Positions 10,188-21,262 are shown, counted from the stretch's first letter. The stretch is 64,000 nt of DNA from Candidatus Marinacidobacterales bacterium (GCA_965219415.1 OZ244742.1:96001-160000), one strand, 5' to 3'. The notes: generated by a model from the letters alone, not told the origin. Numbers and translations: made by a program.

Positions 10188-12818
10188 ATGGCCGAGAAGA
10201 GCACCGTCACGCCCGCGATGCGGCAATTTCACGAAGCCAAGCGACAAGTTGGCGACGCCATCGTGTTCTTCCGCATGGGTGACTTCTACGAGATGTTCTA
10301 TGACGATGCCCTGACCGCATCCCGCGCTCTGGAGCTCACACTGACATCTCGGCAAAAAGACGCCTCCGGTGGAGGCATCCCCATGTGCGGTATCCCCCAC
10401 CACGCAGCCGATACCTACATCGGTCGCCTGATCCGTCGGGGTTTCAAGGTCGCGGTGTGCGAACAGGTCGAGGATCCTCGCCAAGCAAAGGGCATCGTTC
10501 GTCGCGAGGTGGTGCGCATCGTCACTCCCTCGACCTACCTCCACCAGGGCTACTTGGATGACAAGGAAGCTAGCTACTTGATGGCGGTCGCCCCAGGTAA
10601 GGACGGAGTGGGCATGTCACTCGTCGATCTCTCGACCGGAGACTTCTTCACGTCTGAGCATTCCGGTGAAGGACGTTGGCAAAAACTCAAGGACACGCTC
10701 GCCACGTATCGCCCGCGCGAGATCGTTTTCCCCGAAGATTCTACCGTCAGCAGCGAAATCCTTAACGGTGTCGGCGGCGAGGAACGCCCGGTCGAGACGC
10801 CACGAGAACCCTGGCGATTCGAGTACGAGGCGGCACGTGAGTTACTCCTTCGCCAGTTCGGTACCGTTTCGCTCGATGGTTTCGGCTGCGAGGGGCGGCT
10901 GCTCGCCGTGGCGGCGGCGGGAGCGGCGCTGCAATATCTTCAAGAGACACAGCACGCCGGGCTGACCCATATATCGAGCCTGCGCTACCGCGAAGAGGGC
11001 GAACATCTCATCCTCGACCCGGTGACACTCAGGAATCTCGAGCTCACCAACTCCCTCTCCGAAGGCGGCCGACAAGGAACACTCCTTTCGATTCTCGACA
11101 AGTCCCAAAACCCGATGGGCGCACGGATGCTGAAGCAGTGGCTACTCCGCCCTTTGGTCGATATGGAGGCCATCGGCGGGCGGCTGGACGCCGTCGAGCA
11201 GCTGGCGTTCGACACCGTCACACGAACCAAACTCGCCGGTGCGCTCAAGCCATTGGTGGACATCGAGCGCGTCCTTTCGAGGATAACGCTGGGAAATGCT
11301 AGCCCGCGTGACTTCGTCGGGCTCGGCGAGTCCTTGGCCGTCATTCCCCGTTTGTCGACCCTAATATCAGAGCTGCGCGCACCGCTCTTGAAGACGGTGA
11401 CCGAGGACATGGATCCGCTCGAAGACGTTCGGTCTGACGTCGAGACCACGGTCGTCTCGGAGCCTCCCGCCACGATACGAGACGGCGGCGTCATCCGAAA
11501 GGGTGTCTCGGCAGAGCTCGACGAGCTCCAGCGTCTTCGCTCGGAAGGCAAACAAACCCTTGCGCACATCGAGGAGCGCGAGCGCAAGCGCACCGGCATA
11601 GGGTCCCTGAAGGTTCGCTTCAACAAGGTGTTCGGTTACTACATCGAGGTCACCAAGTCCAAACTCGATGCCGTCCCCGATGACTACATTCGCAAGCAGA
11701 CATTGGTCGGCGCCGAACGGTACATCACTCCCGAGCTAAAAGAGTATGAAGAGAAGATAACGACCGCCGAAGAACGCATCTCGGTCATGGAGGCCGAGCT
11801 CTTCGAAGCTCTTCGCGGTCGCGTGGCCGACCAAGCCGCTCGCATCCGACGGACCGCGCAGGCCATCGCAACCATCGATGTGCTCGGCGCCCTCGCCGAA
11901 GTCGCCGCGTCTTCCCAGTACACCAAGCCCCGATTCCACGATGGTTTCGATCTGCAAGTCAAGCAAGCGCGCCACCCCGTCATCGAAGCCACGCTCGGGG
12001 AGCCATTCGTGCCGAATGACATCGACCTTGATCAGGAAAACCACTTGATCGTACTCACCGGACCCAACATGGGCGGCAAGTCGACCTATCTTCGTGAGGC
12101 CGCATTGGCCGTGATCATGGCGCAGATGGGCTCGTTCGTTCCTGCCCTAGAGGCCAAGCTTCCGATCGTGGATCGCATCTTTACCCGAGTGGGGGCTTCG
12201 GACAATCTCTTTCGGGGCCGGTCGACCTTCATGGTGGAAATGCAGGAAACGGCACACATTCTTCATCACGCCACGACCCGCAGTCTGGTTCTGCTCGACG
12301 AGATCGGGCGGGGCACCGCGACCTTCGACGGCCTGTCGCTGGCCTGGGCGGTAGCGGAGTACATCGCGAGCGACAAGAAACTTCGCTGCAAGACGGTTTT
12401 TGCCACGCATTACCACGAACTCACCGATCTCGCGGCCGAGCTCCCGGGTGTTGTGAACTACCACGTCGCGGCGCGTGAGTGGAAAGAAGACATCGTGTTT
12501 CTCCGCAAGGTTGTGCGCGGTGGTTCCGATCGGAGTTACGGGATCCAGGTCGCCCGTCTAGCGGGTCTCCCCCCCTCCCTCATCAGCCGAGCTCAGGAGA
12601 TTCTCGCCAACCTTGAAAAAAGCGAGTTCGATCTAGAGGGGCGACCGCGTCTCTCCGTCGGCGCCGGTGCACCGTCCGACACCTCCGAGAGGCAGCTCGC
12701 CTTGTTCGCGGAAGTCGAGGACCGAGTCGCGTCCGAGCTCCGAAAACTGGATCTGGATAAGATGACACCCCTAGAAGCGCTTCAAACGCTGAGCGATTTG
12801 AAGAAGCGCCTCGACTAA
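10188..12818 (+). CDS. mutS: DNA mismatch repair protein MutS
   Basis: TPAMRQF, FFRMGDFYEMF, Walker A GPNMGGKST, STFMVEM, DEIGRGT, FATHYHELT. Confidence 0.97.
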   Translation: MAEKSTVTPAMRQFHEAKRQVGDAIVFFRMGDFYEMFYDDALTASRALELTLTSRQKDASGGGIPMCGIPHHAADTYIGRLIRRGFKVAVCEQVEDPRQAKGIVRREVVRIVTPSTYLHQGYLDDKEASYLMAVAPGKDGVGMSLVDLSTGDFFTSEHSGEGRWQKLKDTLATYRPREIVFPEDSTVSSEILNGVGGEERPVETPREPWRFEYEAARELLLRQFGTVSLDGFGCEGRLLAVAAAGAALQYLQETQHAGLTHISSLRYREEGEHLILDPVTLRNLELTNSLSEGGRQGTLLSILDKSQNPMGARMLKQWLLRPLVDMEAIGGRLDAVEQLAFDTVTRTKLAGALKPLVDIERVLSRITLGNASPRDFVGLGESLAVIPRLSTLISELRAPLLKTVTEDMDPLEDVRSDVETTVVSEPPATIRDGGVIRKGVSAELDELQRLRSEGKQTLAHIEERERKRTGIGSLKVRFNKVFGYYIEVTKSKLDAVPDDYIRKQTLVGAERYITPELKEYEEKITTAEERISVMEAELFEALRGRVADQAARIRRTAQAIATIDVLGALAEVAASSQYTKPRFHDGFDLQVKQARHPVIEATLGEPFVPNDIDLDQENHLIVLTGPNMGGKSTYLREAALAVIMAQMGSFVPALEAKLPIVDRIFTRVGASDNLFRGRSTFMVEMQETAHILHHATTRSLVLLDEIGRGTATFDGLSLAWAVAEYIASDKKLRCKTVFATHYHELTDLAAELPGVVNYHVAAREWKEDIVFLRKVVRGGSDRSYGIQVARLAGLPPSLISRAQEILANLEKSEFDLEGRPRLSVGAGAPSDTSERQLALFAEVEDRVASELRKLDLDKMTPLEALQTLSDLKKRLD

Positions 12819-12862
12819 CACCCGGTACTTCTGCTACATTTCTCGCCCGGAGGCACAAGACC

Positions 12863-13753
12863 ATTACAGCCGGCTACCCAAGGGCGGAGCCCTTCAATTT
12901 CCTAGGAGTGGAAGGCGAGGAGCACTCTTACCGTGAGGCGGCCATCGCGATCCTCCCCATCCCCTACGAGGCCACGACGTCCTACATGGCGGGGACTCGT
13001 GACGGCCCGCGAGAGATCATCAACGCCTCGCGCCATCTCGAAAGCTATGACGAGGAGATCGAGGGTGACGTCTCGAGGTTGGGAATACACACCCTGCCGG
13101 AGATCGAGACCTTGACCACGTCGCCTGCCGACATGGTGGAGCGCATCCAGCAAGCAGCAGTGAGCGTTCTGGACGACGGAAAATTCTTGGTGGCGCTCGG
13201 GGGCGAACACACCATCACTCCCCCTCTAGTAAGAGCGGTCGTGGATAAGAATCCGAAGCTCTCTGTTTTGCAGATCGATGCGCATGGTGACCTGAGAGAC
13301 ACCTACCAAGGAAGTAAGTACAGTCACGCTTGTGCCATGAGGCGGGTGCTGGAGATGGCCAACGGAGTCCAGGTGGGGCTCCGAAGCCTATCCGAAGAAG
13401 AAGTGGAGGTATTGCCTTCGCTTCCGACCAAGGCTTTTTTTGCACACCACATTCAGCGCGCGCCGCACTGGCAGGAGGAAGTCGTTGAGGCGTTGGGCGA
13501 TCCGGTCTACGTCACCATCGATCTCGACGGGCTCGACCCCTCGATCATGCCCGCGGTAGGAACACCCGAACCCGGCGGCCTGGGCTGGTACGAGACTTGC
13601 CACTTGCTGAAACGAGTGGCCGAAAACCGCACCGTCGTCGGTTTCGATGTGAACGAGCTGGCCCCCCTGCCTGGGCAGGGCGCCCCCAACTTTCTGGCCG
13701 CGAAGCTGGTCTATAAGTTCTTGGGTTATATCTTCAAAGGCAAGTTGAAGTGA
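12863..13753 (+). CDS. speB: agmatinase (ureohydrolase family); start at ATT 12863 or GTG 12908
   Basis: GGEHTIT, DAHGDLRD, SHAC, DLDGLDPS..PAVGTPEPGG. Confidence 0.88.
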   Translation: MTAGYPRAEPFNFLGVEGEEHSYREAAIAILPIPYEATTSYMAGTRDGPREIINASRHLESYDEEIEGDVSRLGIHTLPEIETLTTSPADMVERIQQAAVSVLDDGKFLVALGGEHTITPPLVRAVVDKNPKLSVLQIDAHGDLRDTYQGSKYSHACAMRRVLEMANGVQVGLRSLSEEEVEVLPSLPTKAFFAHHIQRAPHWQEEVVEALGDPVYVTIDLDGLDPSIMPAVGTPEPGGLGWYETCHLLKRVAENRTVVGFDVNELAPLPGQGAPNFLAAKLVYKFLGYIFKGKLK

Positions 13754-13763
13754 CGCCTCTAGC

Positions 13764-15509
13764 CTAGCGAATCGTCACGTCGAAGGGCATGAGTGCCAGT
13801 CGGGGTGTCTCCGTCAGGAGGCGCAGCACGGGTGACTCAGCGAGCAACCGCTCAGAAATGAAGTGTCGGACGCCCGTCACCTCGGGAGCTCCGTAAACCA
13901 TCTTGTTGAACAACATGTCGAAGAAGGTTCCCCTCTCGGGATAGATTTCCAAACGTATTTCCGCATCTTCGGCGATGTCCGCTTTTTCCCGGGCCAGAGC
14001 CACGGCGCGATCCAAGCCACCCAACTCGTCCACCAGACCGATCTCCCACGCTTGAGCTCCGGTCCACACTCTTCCCTGCGCGATGGCGTCCACTTCTTCG
14101 GGTGTCATGTTTCGTGAAGTCGCCACTCGTTCGAGGAAACGTTGGTAGCCCGACTGGAGAATGTTCCGAAGCCGTTGACGTTCATCGGCACTAAAAGATC
14201 GAGAGCTGCTCCAAAAATCGGCGCTGGCGCCTCGCATGACGCGATCGTGGCTGAAACCAATTTTCTCGTAGAGTCCGTCCAAATTGAATTTTCCCGCGTA
14301 GATCCCGATCGACCCAGTGAGGGTCGATGGCTCGGCGACGATCGCATTCGATGCGGTGGCGATCCAATACCCGCCCGAGGCGGCCACGTCCGACATGGAC
14401 ACCACCACCGGCTTTTTCTCCATGGTGAGTGCTGCCTCGCGCCAGATCACATCGGACGCGACGTCCGAGCCACCGGGGCTTTGAATTCGGAAGACCACCG
14501 CTTCGATCGAGTCGTCCTCGCGAACCTGCTTGAAAGTAGAGGCCAGCGTGTCCGCCCCCATGATGCGACCGTCCAAAGGATCATTGTCGTTTTGACCGCT
14601 GACGATTATCCCCACGCCGTAGATCAGCGCAATTCTCGGGCGACCGTCGATCCCCAAACCATCATTGCTGTTCGCTTGATAGTCGGCGACCGTCAATGGT
14701 TCGAAATCCTCGCCGTCTTCTGCGAGGCGTGCCTCGACTTCATCCTTATGCAGAAGCTCGTCAACCAACCCAAGCTCTAGTGCTTCTGCCGCGCGGAACG
14801 GTCCCCGATCGAAAAGGGCGTACACTTCGGCGTTCGTCATGTTGCGCGAGACCGCAATGGAGCCCACCAACCGGTCGTAGAGATCTTCGACGATCGATGT
14901 GAGCACCTCCCGGTGGGGCTCGCTGAGGGATTCCCTTGTGTAAACGTCGGGTGCATTCTTGTATGCGCCGATCTGTTCGAACTCCGCCTCGACTCCCAGC
15001 TTGCCGAGCGTGGACTTCATGAAGGTGACCTCGGCGTTGAGCCCGCGAAGATCCAAAATGCTTTGAGGATGGATAAAGACCTCTTCGGCGGCGGAAGCTA
15101 CGTAATAGTCCAAAGTCCCGCCGTACTCGATGTAGGAAACTAGCTTCTTCCCCGAAGCGACGAAATCTTTGAGCGCGGATCGGAGCTCGCCCGCCTTTGC
15201 CCACCCGATGCCCGTTCCTCGGAAATGGAGCAGAAGGCTTTCGACTCGCGTGTCGCTCTCGGCTCGCCGGACGGAGTCTAAGACTTCCCTGAAGGTGACG
15301 GTGTCGACCTCAAAGAACGGCCCGCTGAGATCGAACAGTCGATCTTCCGGTAGCGGGCCCGTCATATCGAGGGTCAGGGTCGAGCCACTGACCACGTCGG
15401 GCGCCGCCAGGTTAAGCCCCTGAACCAGCATGTAGACGCTCGCTGCCGAGAGCATCACCAATGAGCCCACGATCAGGAAGAGCCAGAAAATCCAACGCTT
15501 AGATCGCAT
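13764..15509 (-). CDS. sppA: signal peptide peptidase SppA (67-kDa type)
   Basis: N-terminal TM; IGAYKNA, SPGGS, AASGGYWIA, TGSIG, GRVWTG. Confidence 0.92.
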   Translation of the reverse strand: MRSKRWIFWLFLIVGSLVMLSAASVYMLVQGLNLAAPDVVSGSTLTLDMTGPLPEDRLFDLSGPFFEVDTVTFREVLDSVRRAESDTRVESLLLHFRGTGIGWAKAGELRSALKDFVASGKKLVSYIEYGGTLDYYVASAAEEVFIHPQSILDLRGLNAEVTFMKSTLGKLGVEAEFEQIGAYKNAPDVYTRESLSEPHREVLTSIVEDLYDRLVGSIAVSRNMTNAEVYALFDRGPFRAAEALELGLVDELLHKDEVEARLAEDGEDFEPLTVADYQANSNDGLGIDGRPRIALIYGVGIIVSGQNDNDPLDGRIMGADTLASTFKQVREDDSIEAVVFRIQSPGGSDVASDVIWREAALTMEKKPVVVSMSDVAASGGYWIATASNAIVAEPSTLTGSIGIYAGKFNLDGLYEKIGFSHDRVMRGASADFWSSSRSFSADERQRLRNILQSGYQRFLERVATSRNMTPEEVDAIAQGRVWTGAQAWEIGLVDELGGLDRAVALAREKADIAEDAEIRLEIYPERGTFFDMLFNKMVYGAPEVTGVRHFISERLLAESPVLRLLTETPRLALMPFDVTIR

Positions 15510-15549
15510 TCAATCCCTCTTTACGGACAATCCTATGCAGGAGAGCCTT

Positions 15550-16281
15550 TCAAGCTTTCAGGCGGAACTCCAGAAGCTCGTTTTTCTCTTGCGCCCGGGT
15601 GCGAAGCGGTGATGTCGGGTAGTCTTCGAGAAATTGCCTGTAGGCCTGTCGCGCTTCCTGCAGTTTGCCATCCGCTTCCAGTTGCTCTGCCATCCGGAAC
15701 AAGAGCTGGTCTTTTGGAAGTGGCCCTTTCGCGTCGTCCACGAGTGCGCGATACATCTCCGCCGCTGCCGCGTGATCGCCGCGATCCCCTTTCACCGTCG
15801 CCAGAGTCTGAGATGCGAGGTAGTAAAGTAGATCTCCCCGCTTGTCGACGACACGTCCCAGCAGTGATTCGGCCTCTTCGAGCTCGCCGAGCCCCGCCTT
15901 CGATAGTGCCATGTAGTAACGCGCCGCTCGTCCTTGCTTGATGCCGCTGTATTTCTGCTCGACCTCTTCGAGGGCTTCAAGCGCCGCAACATAGCGCTCC
16001 TCCTGGCTGTTGAAAGTCGGTCCCGCGGCCGGACCCGATATGATGCTGTCCTCGCGCACCACCGCGTGGTAGATCTCCAACGCGCCGCTGAGCGCGGTAT
16101 CTGCTGCCTGATCCCGCCCGTGCCGGTAGACGTAGATGCCTCCGACGATAGTGGCGGCGACCACGACCGCGATCCCCCCGGTCATCAGAGAGTGGCGGTT
16201 CTCAGCCGTCCAACCCATGAACCGCTCCAGCGTGTGGAGTAGGGCGTTCTGCTTCAAATGATGCCGTTCCGTGCGCTTCAT
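15550..16281 (-). CDS. membrane-anchored TPR protein (YfgM-like)
   Basis: MKRTERHHLKQN, a single TM and TPR-like helices ending FLEDYPTS. Confidence 0.75.
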   Translation of the reverse strand: MKRTERHHLKQNALLHTLERFMGWTAENRHSLMTGGIAVVVAATIVGGIYVYRHGRDQAADTALSGALEIYHAVVREDSIISGPAAGPTFNSQEERYVAALEALEEVEQKYSGIKQGRAARYYMALSKAGLGELEEAESLLGRVVDKRGDLLYYLASQTLATVKGDRGDHAAAAEMYRALVDDAKGPLPKDQLLFRMAEQLEADGKLQEARQAYRQFLEDYPTSPLRTRAQEKNELLEFRLKA

Positions 16282-16731
16282 GCGTTTTTCTCCTTACCAA
16301 AAGGTTAAGAAGTAGTGTCCCCCGTGGCTGATTTTGTGTCAACACCTGCCAGCCTTGGGTTTGCAGTACCGTCACCACGCTCTCCAGACGTTGATCAAAT
16401 CTGATCACGGCGGGTTCCTGATTCAACGGGGCCCGTTTCCCTCGAAACGTTCCGACAGATTTCAATAGATCTCTATTTACCGTTAGTAACCCTAACCGGG
16501 CGAATAGGCAGTGTCATCCGGGGTGGACGCCCCGTCCTAGATCCCCGGTGAGGGACGGCTCCAGGTAGGGTATGATCGTGCGCGAAACGACAGCCTAAGT
16601 CACTCCATCAAAATCGATTACGGGTTGAGCTCCTCGCGACCCGCTGGTGCTGTTGGGTGGCCTTGAATTTGCACTTTGAGATACCATGAGGGGTGCTCCG
16701 TTGGGGCGTCCACAGTGGAGAGGTACATCTT

Positions 16732-17706
16732 ATGAACGTCACAAAGAGCGTTGAGGGGAACGTGAGACTGGCTGGCTTAGCCATTCTGCTTACCGTGGTG
16801 GTGGGATGCTCGAGTCGTTCGTCGACGCCCTCCGTACCGTCGTTGCCGACGCCACCGTCTCCGCCTTCAGTACCGTTTCTCCCCTCTCCCCCTTCGACGA
16901 CGCCACCTTCAAACCCGTCACCGAGTGAGCCTTCGACGTCCCCCTCCCGGGAAGAATCCAGCGAAGGAAAGGGAGCGGAATCTGAATCGACGCCTTCCAG
17001 TGAAGATGGTGCGAAAGGTGAAGAGAGCGGGGACGGCTCGGCCTCGGGGACCGAAACGAGTGCCGAAGCCGGAGAGCAGCCTGGTGGCGGTCAGTCCAAA
17101 AGGGGTGAGGCGACCGGGTCCACACCGAGCGCCGCCGGGGCGGGCAAACTCGGTCAGGCCGGCTCGATGGGAAAGACTTCCGCAGGAACACCCCGGGCGG
17201 ATGCTAAGTCCGGCGGTAGTTCGAAAGGCAGCGGAAGTGGACCCAAGACGACCGAAGAAAAACGCGCCGGCCTCGACAAAGACTTGGACTCCTCGCTTAG
17301 CGAGTTCGACAAACTGCTCTTGAGCGAACAAGAGCTCTTGGAGCAGCAGCGAGAAGAGGCCGCAGCAGCGAGCGCTGACAGTGGTGACGGCGGGGACGGA
17401 GGAGAATCTGGCGACGGCGGTGCCGATGCTGAACGACGCGCCACCCAGGTCGCAGGTGGCACCGGTGGATCTCCAGATGCGCCCGCGGGAGAGCCGGCCG
17501 ACTCATCTCCAGGCGCTCCCGTTGGAGGGGCCGAGGGTGACTCGGACAACGGTCGCGTCCCCCCCGACGTAGGCGACGGGAGCGGCGACGACATCGTGGC
17601 CCGGCAGTTGCGCGAAGCGGCCACACAAGAGGACGATCCGAAACTTCGTGAGAAACTATGGGAAGAGTACCGAGCCTATAAGCGAGGCACCAAGAAAGGG
17701 AGCTAA
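16732..17706 (+). CDS. low-complexity lipoprotein with a compact C-terminal domain
   Basis: SD GAGG; lipobox VVGC; Pro/Ser/Gly/Glu-rich body; C-terminal DDIVARQLREAATQEDDPKLREKLWEEY. Confidence 0.75.
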   Translation: MNVTKSVEGNVRLAGLAILLTVVVGCSSRSSTPSVPSLPTPPSPPSVPFLPSPPSTTPPSNPSPSEPSTSPSREESSEGKGAESESTPSSEDGAKGEESGDGSASGTETSAEAGEQPGGGQSKRGEATGSTPSAAGAGKLGQAGSMGKTSAGTPRADAKSGGSSKGSGSGPKTTEEKRAGLDKDLDSSLSEFDKLLLSEQELLEQQREEAAAASADSGDGGDGGESGDGGADAERRATQVAGGTGGSPDAPAGEPADSSPGAPVGGAEGDSDNGRVPPDVGDGSGDDIVARQLREAATQEDDPKLREKLWEEYRAYKRGTKKGS

Positions 17707-17709
17707 AGG

Positions 17710-18957
17710 ATGCCGAGCCAACGTTTCCTACCCCGCATGCTGATGGCGCCTGCTTTTATTGTCGTTCTTGCCGCACTGGGGTTCCTGACCGCCTCGCCCG
17801 CGCAGGCTGGAAAGAAAGATCCGGTTGTGCTCATCCAAGCGCGAACCGAGATTCCCGAGGAAGAGCTTCTCGATGTCGGCATCCGGGTGTTCGATCCCGG
17901 TCTGCCGGAAGACGATGAGGCCCTCTTTGCCCTGGAAGAAAAAGGTGTCTTTCCGGAGATTCGGGAATCCGAAGCACGATACATCCCCTTCCAGCTGATG
18001 CAAACCCTCCAGTCCACGGGTTACTGGGGCGCGGTTCGTGTGGTCCCGGCTACAAACGCCGTCGATGTCACGGTCTTCGGGACCATCCTGAAATCGAACG
18101 GGAAGAGATTAGAAATCGCGATCTCGGTCGTAGATTCACGTGGCAAGCAATGGCTCAACGAGGAATACAAACGCGAAGCTAGCGTGGGCGCCTACATAAA
18201 AAAAAGAGGGGTTGTCGAGCACCCGGATCCTTATCAGTCTCTGTACAACGAAATCGCCAACGACCTTCTCGAGAAGCGGCGAAAGCTCGATCAAGAAGAC
18301 ATCCAAGAAGTGCGCCTGCTGTCGCAGCTCAAGTTCGCGATGGACCTAGCGCCCACGCCGTTCGAGGACTACCTGAAGATTGACAAGAAAGGGCGCTACT
18401 CGATCCGGAAGCTCCCAGCGGTCGACGATCCGATGATGGTGCGCGTCAACAACATTCGCGAACGGGATTTCATGTTCATCGACACGCTCAACGAGTTCTA
18501 CGCCAACTTCTACGCGACGATGGGCGAGGACTACGACGGTTGGCGGGCCGAAAGCTACAAAGACCAGGATGCGTTGGACAAGGCGAGAAAAGAGGCGTGG
18601 ATTAAGACGCTCGCCGGTGTCGCAGGGATTGTCGGAGGCGTAGTATCCAAAGACCCAGCGATTCGGGACGTCGGTCTGATCGGTGGGTCGGTTCTGATCA
18701 AGTCCGGAATGGACAGTTTCGGCGAAGCCAAGATGTACAGTGAGGATCTCAAACAGCTCGCCGCATCTCTGGACGCTGGGATGGCACCGCTCCTCATCGA
18801 TATGGAAGGCGAGGTCACACGACTCACCGGCTCCGTCGAAACTAAATACACGACCTGGCGTAATCTGCTTCGTAAAATCTTTGCTACCGAAACCGGACTC
18901 CCCATAGATCCCAACTCCGAGATACCGCTTGCCGAGCCGGGGCCATCCAATCCCTGA
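17710..18957 (+). CDS. exported hypothetical protein
   Basis: Signal peptide ending AQA; 415 aa; glycine-zipper-like segment AGVAGIVGG...GLIGG; starts 3 nt after the previous stop. Confidence 0.75.
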   Translation: MPSQRFLPRMLMAPAFIVVLAALGFLTASPAQAGKKDPVVLIQARTEIPEEELLDVGIRVFDPGLPEDDEALFALEEKGVFPEIRESEARYIPFQLMQTLQSTGYWGAVRVVPATNAVDVTVFGTILKSNGKRLEIAISVVDSRGKQWLNEEYKREASVGAYIKKRGVVEHPDPYQSLYNEIANDLLEKRRKLDQEDIQEVRLLSQLKFAMDLAPTPFEDYLKIDKKGRYSIRKLPAVDDPMMVRVNNIRERDFMFIDTLNEFYANFYATMGEDYDGWRAESYKDQDALDKARKEAWIKTLAGVAGIVGGVVSKDPAIRDVGLIGGSVLIKSGMDSFGEAKMYSEDLKQLAASLDAGMAPLLIDMEGEVTRLTGSVETKYTTWRNLLRKIFATETGLPIDPNSEIPLAEPGPSNP

Positions 18958-18976
18958 GGCCCGCGACCGGAGCTCC

Positions 18977-21262
18977 ATGGCGCTGGCCCGTGGTCAATCA
19001 CTCGGCCGACGCTTTACTCTAATCCGTCCTCTCGGTCAGGGAGGAATGGGCGAAGTCTGGCTAGTCGAGGATCACGCGCTCGAAGAGCAAGTAGTCGTTA
19101 AAGTGCTCCCGCCAGATGATTCGCTAGGCTATTCCGAAGAACGCGTGGCGCTTCTCAAACGCGAGTGCCGGAACGCCCGTCGACTCGTTCACCCGAACAT
19201 CGTGCGCGTTTACGACACGCACGAAGAAGAAGGCGTCCGGTTCATCTCCATGGCTTACGTCGAGGGGAAAGACATCGGTCAGCTTCGAGGCCATCCATTA
19301 GAAGACATTTTGGGCGCGGCCCTGCCGATTGCGCACGCTCTCGATTACGCGCACCGGCAAGGCGTCGTGCACCGCGATCTCAAAGCCGCCAACGTGTTGT
19401 TGGATCGGCACGGCGAGCCGCAACTTCTCGACTTCGGCGTGGCGGGGTTGCTCGACTCGCCGTCCGACCCCTCGGAGATTACCGGTGGTGGATCGCCCTC
19501 CAGCATGAGCCCACAGCAACGTGCCGGCGACGAGCCGATGCGCGCCGACGACATTTATGCCTTCGGCACCCTCCTTTATGATCTCTTGAGCGATCACCGG
19601 AAGCTGCCGGAGAATCTGACCTCGCTCTTGGCATCTTTGCTCAGCGAGGACGCTGCGGACCGCCCCAACGATATGGGCGAGGTCAAAGCAACGCTTGCGT
19701 CGATCAGGAAGTCGATCGTCGGGACAGCCGCTCAAATCGTCGAACCGAAGGTGCCTCCGAAAGTGAAGGTCACCCCGCCGCCACGCGTCGAGACCATTGG
19801 ACCGGTAGCCACCTCTGCGGCTTCGCCGATTCAACCGAGAGTATCCTCGGGCGGCGGCGTCGGATGGCTGACCATCGCCACATTCGGGGTTCTCCTTCTC
19901 GCGACTATCGCGGTCTTTGTCTTCCTCCCCCGTTGGGTACCGGACCGGTCACCGCCCAGTCAAACTAAACAGGGTGAGACATCGGCGGAGCGTCAAGAGG
20001 CTCGGCCTCCGGTTGTTTCCGACTTGCGGCAGGAAGCGGAGCTCAAGACACTCGCCGAACAAGCGCGCGAGACCGCCGTCCGCTGGCGCGATGAGCTCCA
20101 ATTCAAGAGCGTCTCGATTTGGGGCGGCGATGAGTACCCCACCGCGATGGCAGCGCTCGAAACGGGTGACGAACAACTCCGCGCTCGGAAATATGAACGC
20201 GCTCTCGAGGGGTACCAAGAGGCGGCCGCGGGTTTCCAGTCCCTGTCCTCTCGAGCCGTCGAGGTTCTAAGTGAAGCCTTGGCGCAAGGACAGCGGGCAC
20301 TCGACCGAGGTGACTCGGGCGCCGCCAGGGTCGCGTTCGAACTCGCCGCGAAGGTCGAACCGAACAATCGGGCCGCACTCGACGGCCTCAGGCGAGCGGG
20401 CGTCTCCAATGAGGTCGTCTCTTTGCTCGCACAGGGTGCGGAGCACGAGAGGAATGGCGATCTGGCTCGAGCGGCCGACACTTACAAGAGAGCGCTCTCC
20501 TTAGATTCTCGGTCCGAAACGGCCCGGGACGCATTGGGACGCGTCGAGCGAACGATGGTGGAAAGTGCGTTTCGAACAGCCATGTCGGAGGGCTTCTCCG
20601 CCATCAACCGTCAAGATTACCGAGCCGCGCGCGAAGCCTTCCAAAAGGCGGGCAGCATCAAGTGGGGCGCCGCCCAGGTCGCAAAAGCCATCGGCGAGGC
20701 GGAAGAGGGCCTGCGGCTTCAAGTCATAGCCCTTCATCGCCAGAACGCTGCGGAGCTAGAGTCGAAAGAAGAGTGGCACAAGGCGGCCGAGCACTATGAG
20801 GCCGTGCTCGAGTTGGATGCCACGATTCGTTTCGCTCAAGAGGGCAAGAAAAAGACCGACCGGCGGGCGGCACTTTCGGATCAACTAGACTTTCATTTCG
20901 AGAATGCGGGCCGCCTGTCCGACATCAAGGTGCTTCAAACCGCGTCGGCCATTCTCGATACCGCCTCGCAAATCGATCCCGCCGGACCGCGACTCGAACG
21001 ACAACGAGCGGCGCTCGTCAAGATCATCGACGACGCTTCGACGGTCACTCGCGTTCAACTCCAATCGGACGATAAGACCGAAGTGGTGGTCTACAAAGTC
21101 GGCCGCCTCGGCAGGTTCGAGCAACATAGCCTCGAGCTTCGTCCGGGCACTTACACAGTAGTTGGAAGCCGGCCAGGCTATCGCGATGTTCGCTTAAAAC
21201 TGATCGTCGAAGCGGGAAAATCACCTGCCCCACTCGTCATCCGCTGTAAGGAAGAAATTTGA
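18977..21262 (+). CDS. membrane Ser/Thr protein kinase with extracytoplasmic TPR/helical region
   Basis: GQGGMGEVW, VVKVL, HRDLKAAN, DFG; TM segment WLTIATFGVLLLATIAVFVFL; TPR-like repeats; C-terminal PEGA-like LRPGTYTVVGSRPGY. Confidence 0.88.
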   Translation: MALARGQSLGRRFTLIRPLGQGGMGEVWLVEDHALEEQVVVKVLPPDDSLGYSEERVALLKRECRNARRLVHPNIVRVYDTHEEEGVRFISMAYVEGKDIGQLRGHPLEDILGAALPIAHALDYAHRQGVVHRDLKAANVLLDRHGEPQLLDFGVAGLLDSPSDPSEITGGGSPSSMSPQQRAGDEPMRADDIYAFGTLLYDLLSDHRKLPENLTSLLASLLSEDAADRPNDMGEVKATLASIRKSIVGTAAQIVEPKVPPKVKVTPPPRVETIGPVATSAASPIQPRVSSGGGVGWLTIATFGVLLLATIAVFVFLPRWVPDRSPPSQTKQGETSAERQEARPPVVSDLRQEAELKTLAEQARETAVRWRDELQFKSVSIWGGDEYPTAMAALETGDEQLRARKYERALEGYQEAAAGFQSLSSRAVEVLSEALAQGQRALDRGDSGAARVAFELAAKVEPNNRAALDGLRRAGVSNEVVSLLAQGAEHERNGDLARAADTYKRALSLDSRSETARDALGRVERTMVESAFRTAMSEGFSAINRQDYRAAREAFQKAGSIKWGAAQVAKAIGEAEEGLRLQVIALHRQNAAELESKEEWHKAAEHYEAVLELDATIRFAQEGKKKTDRRAALSDQLDFHFENAGRLSDIKVLQTASAILDTASQIDPAGPRLERQRAALVKIIDDASTVTRVQLQSDDKTEVVVYKVGRLGRFEQHSLELRPGTYTVVGSRPGYRDVRLKLIVEAGKSPAPLVIRCKEEI

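Noticed and set aside
16282-16731. Riboswitch or sRNA in the divergent intergenic region upstream of the motor cluster
   Set aside because: Some hairpins and a TATGAT are present, but I could not match any known RNA motif by eye; an Rfam scan is needed.
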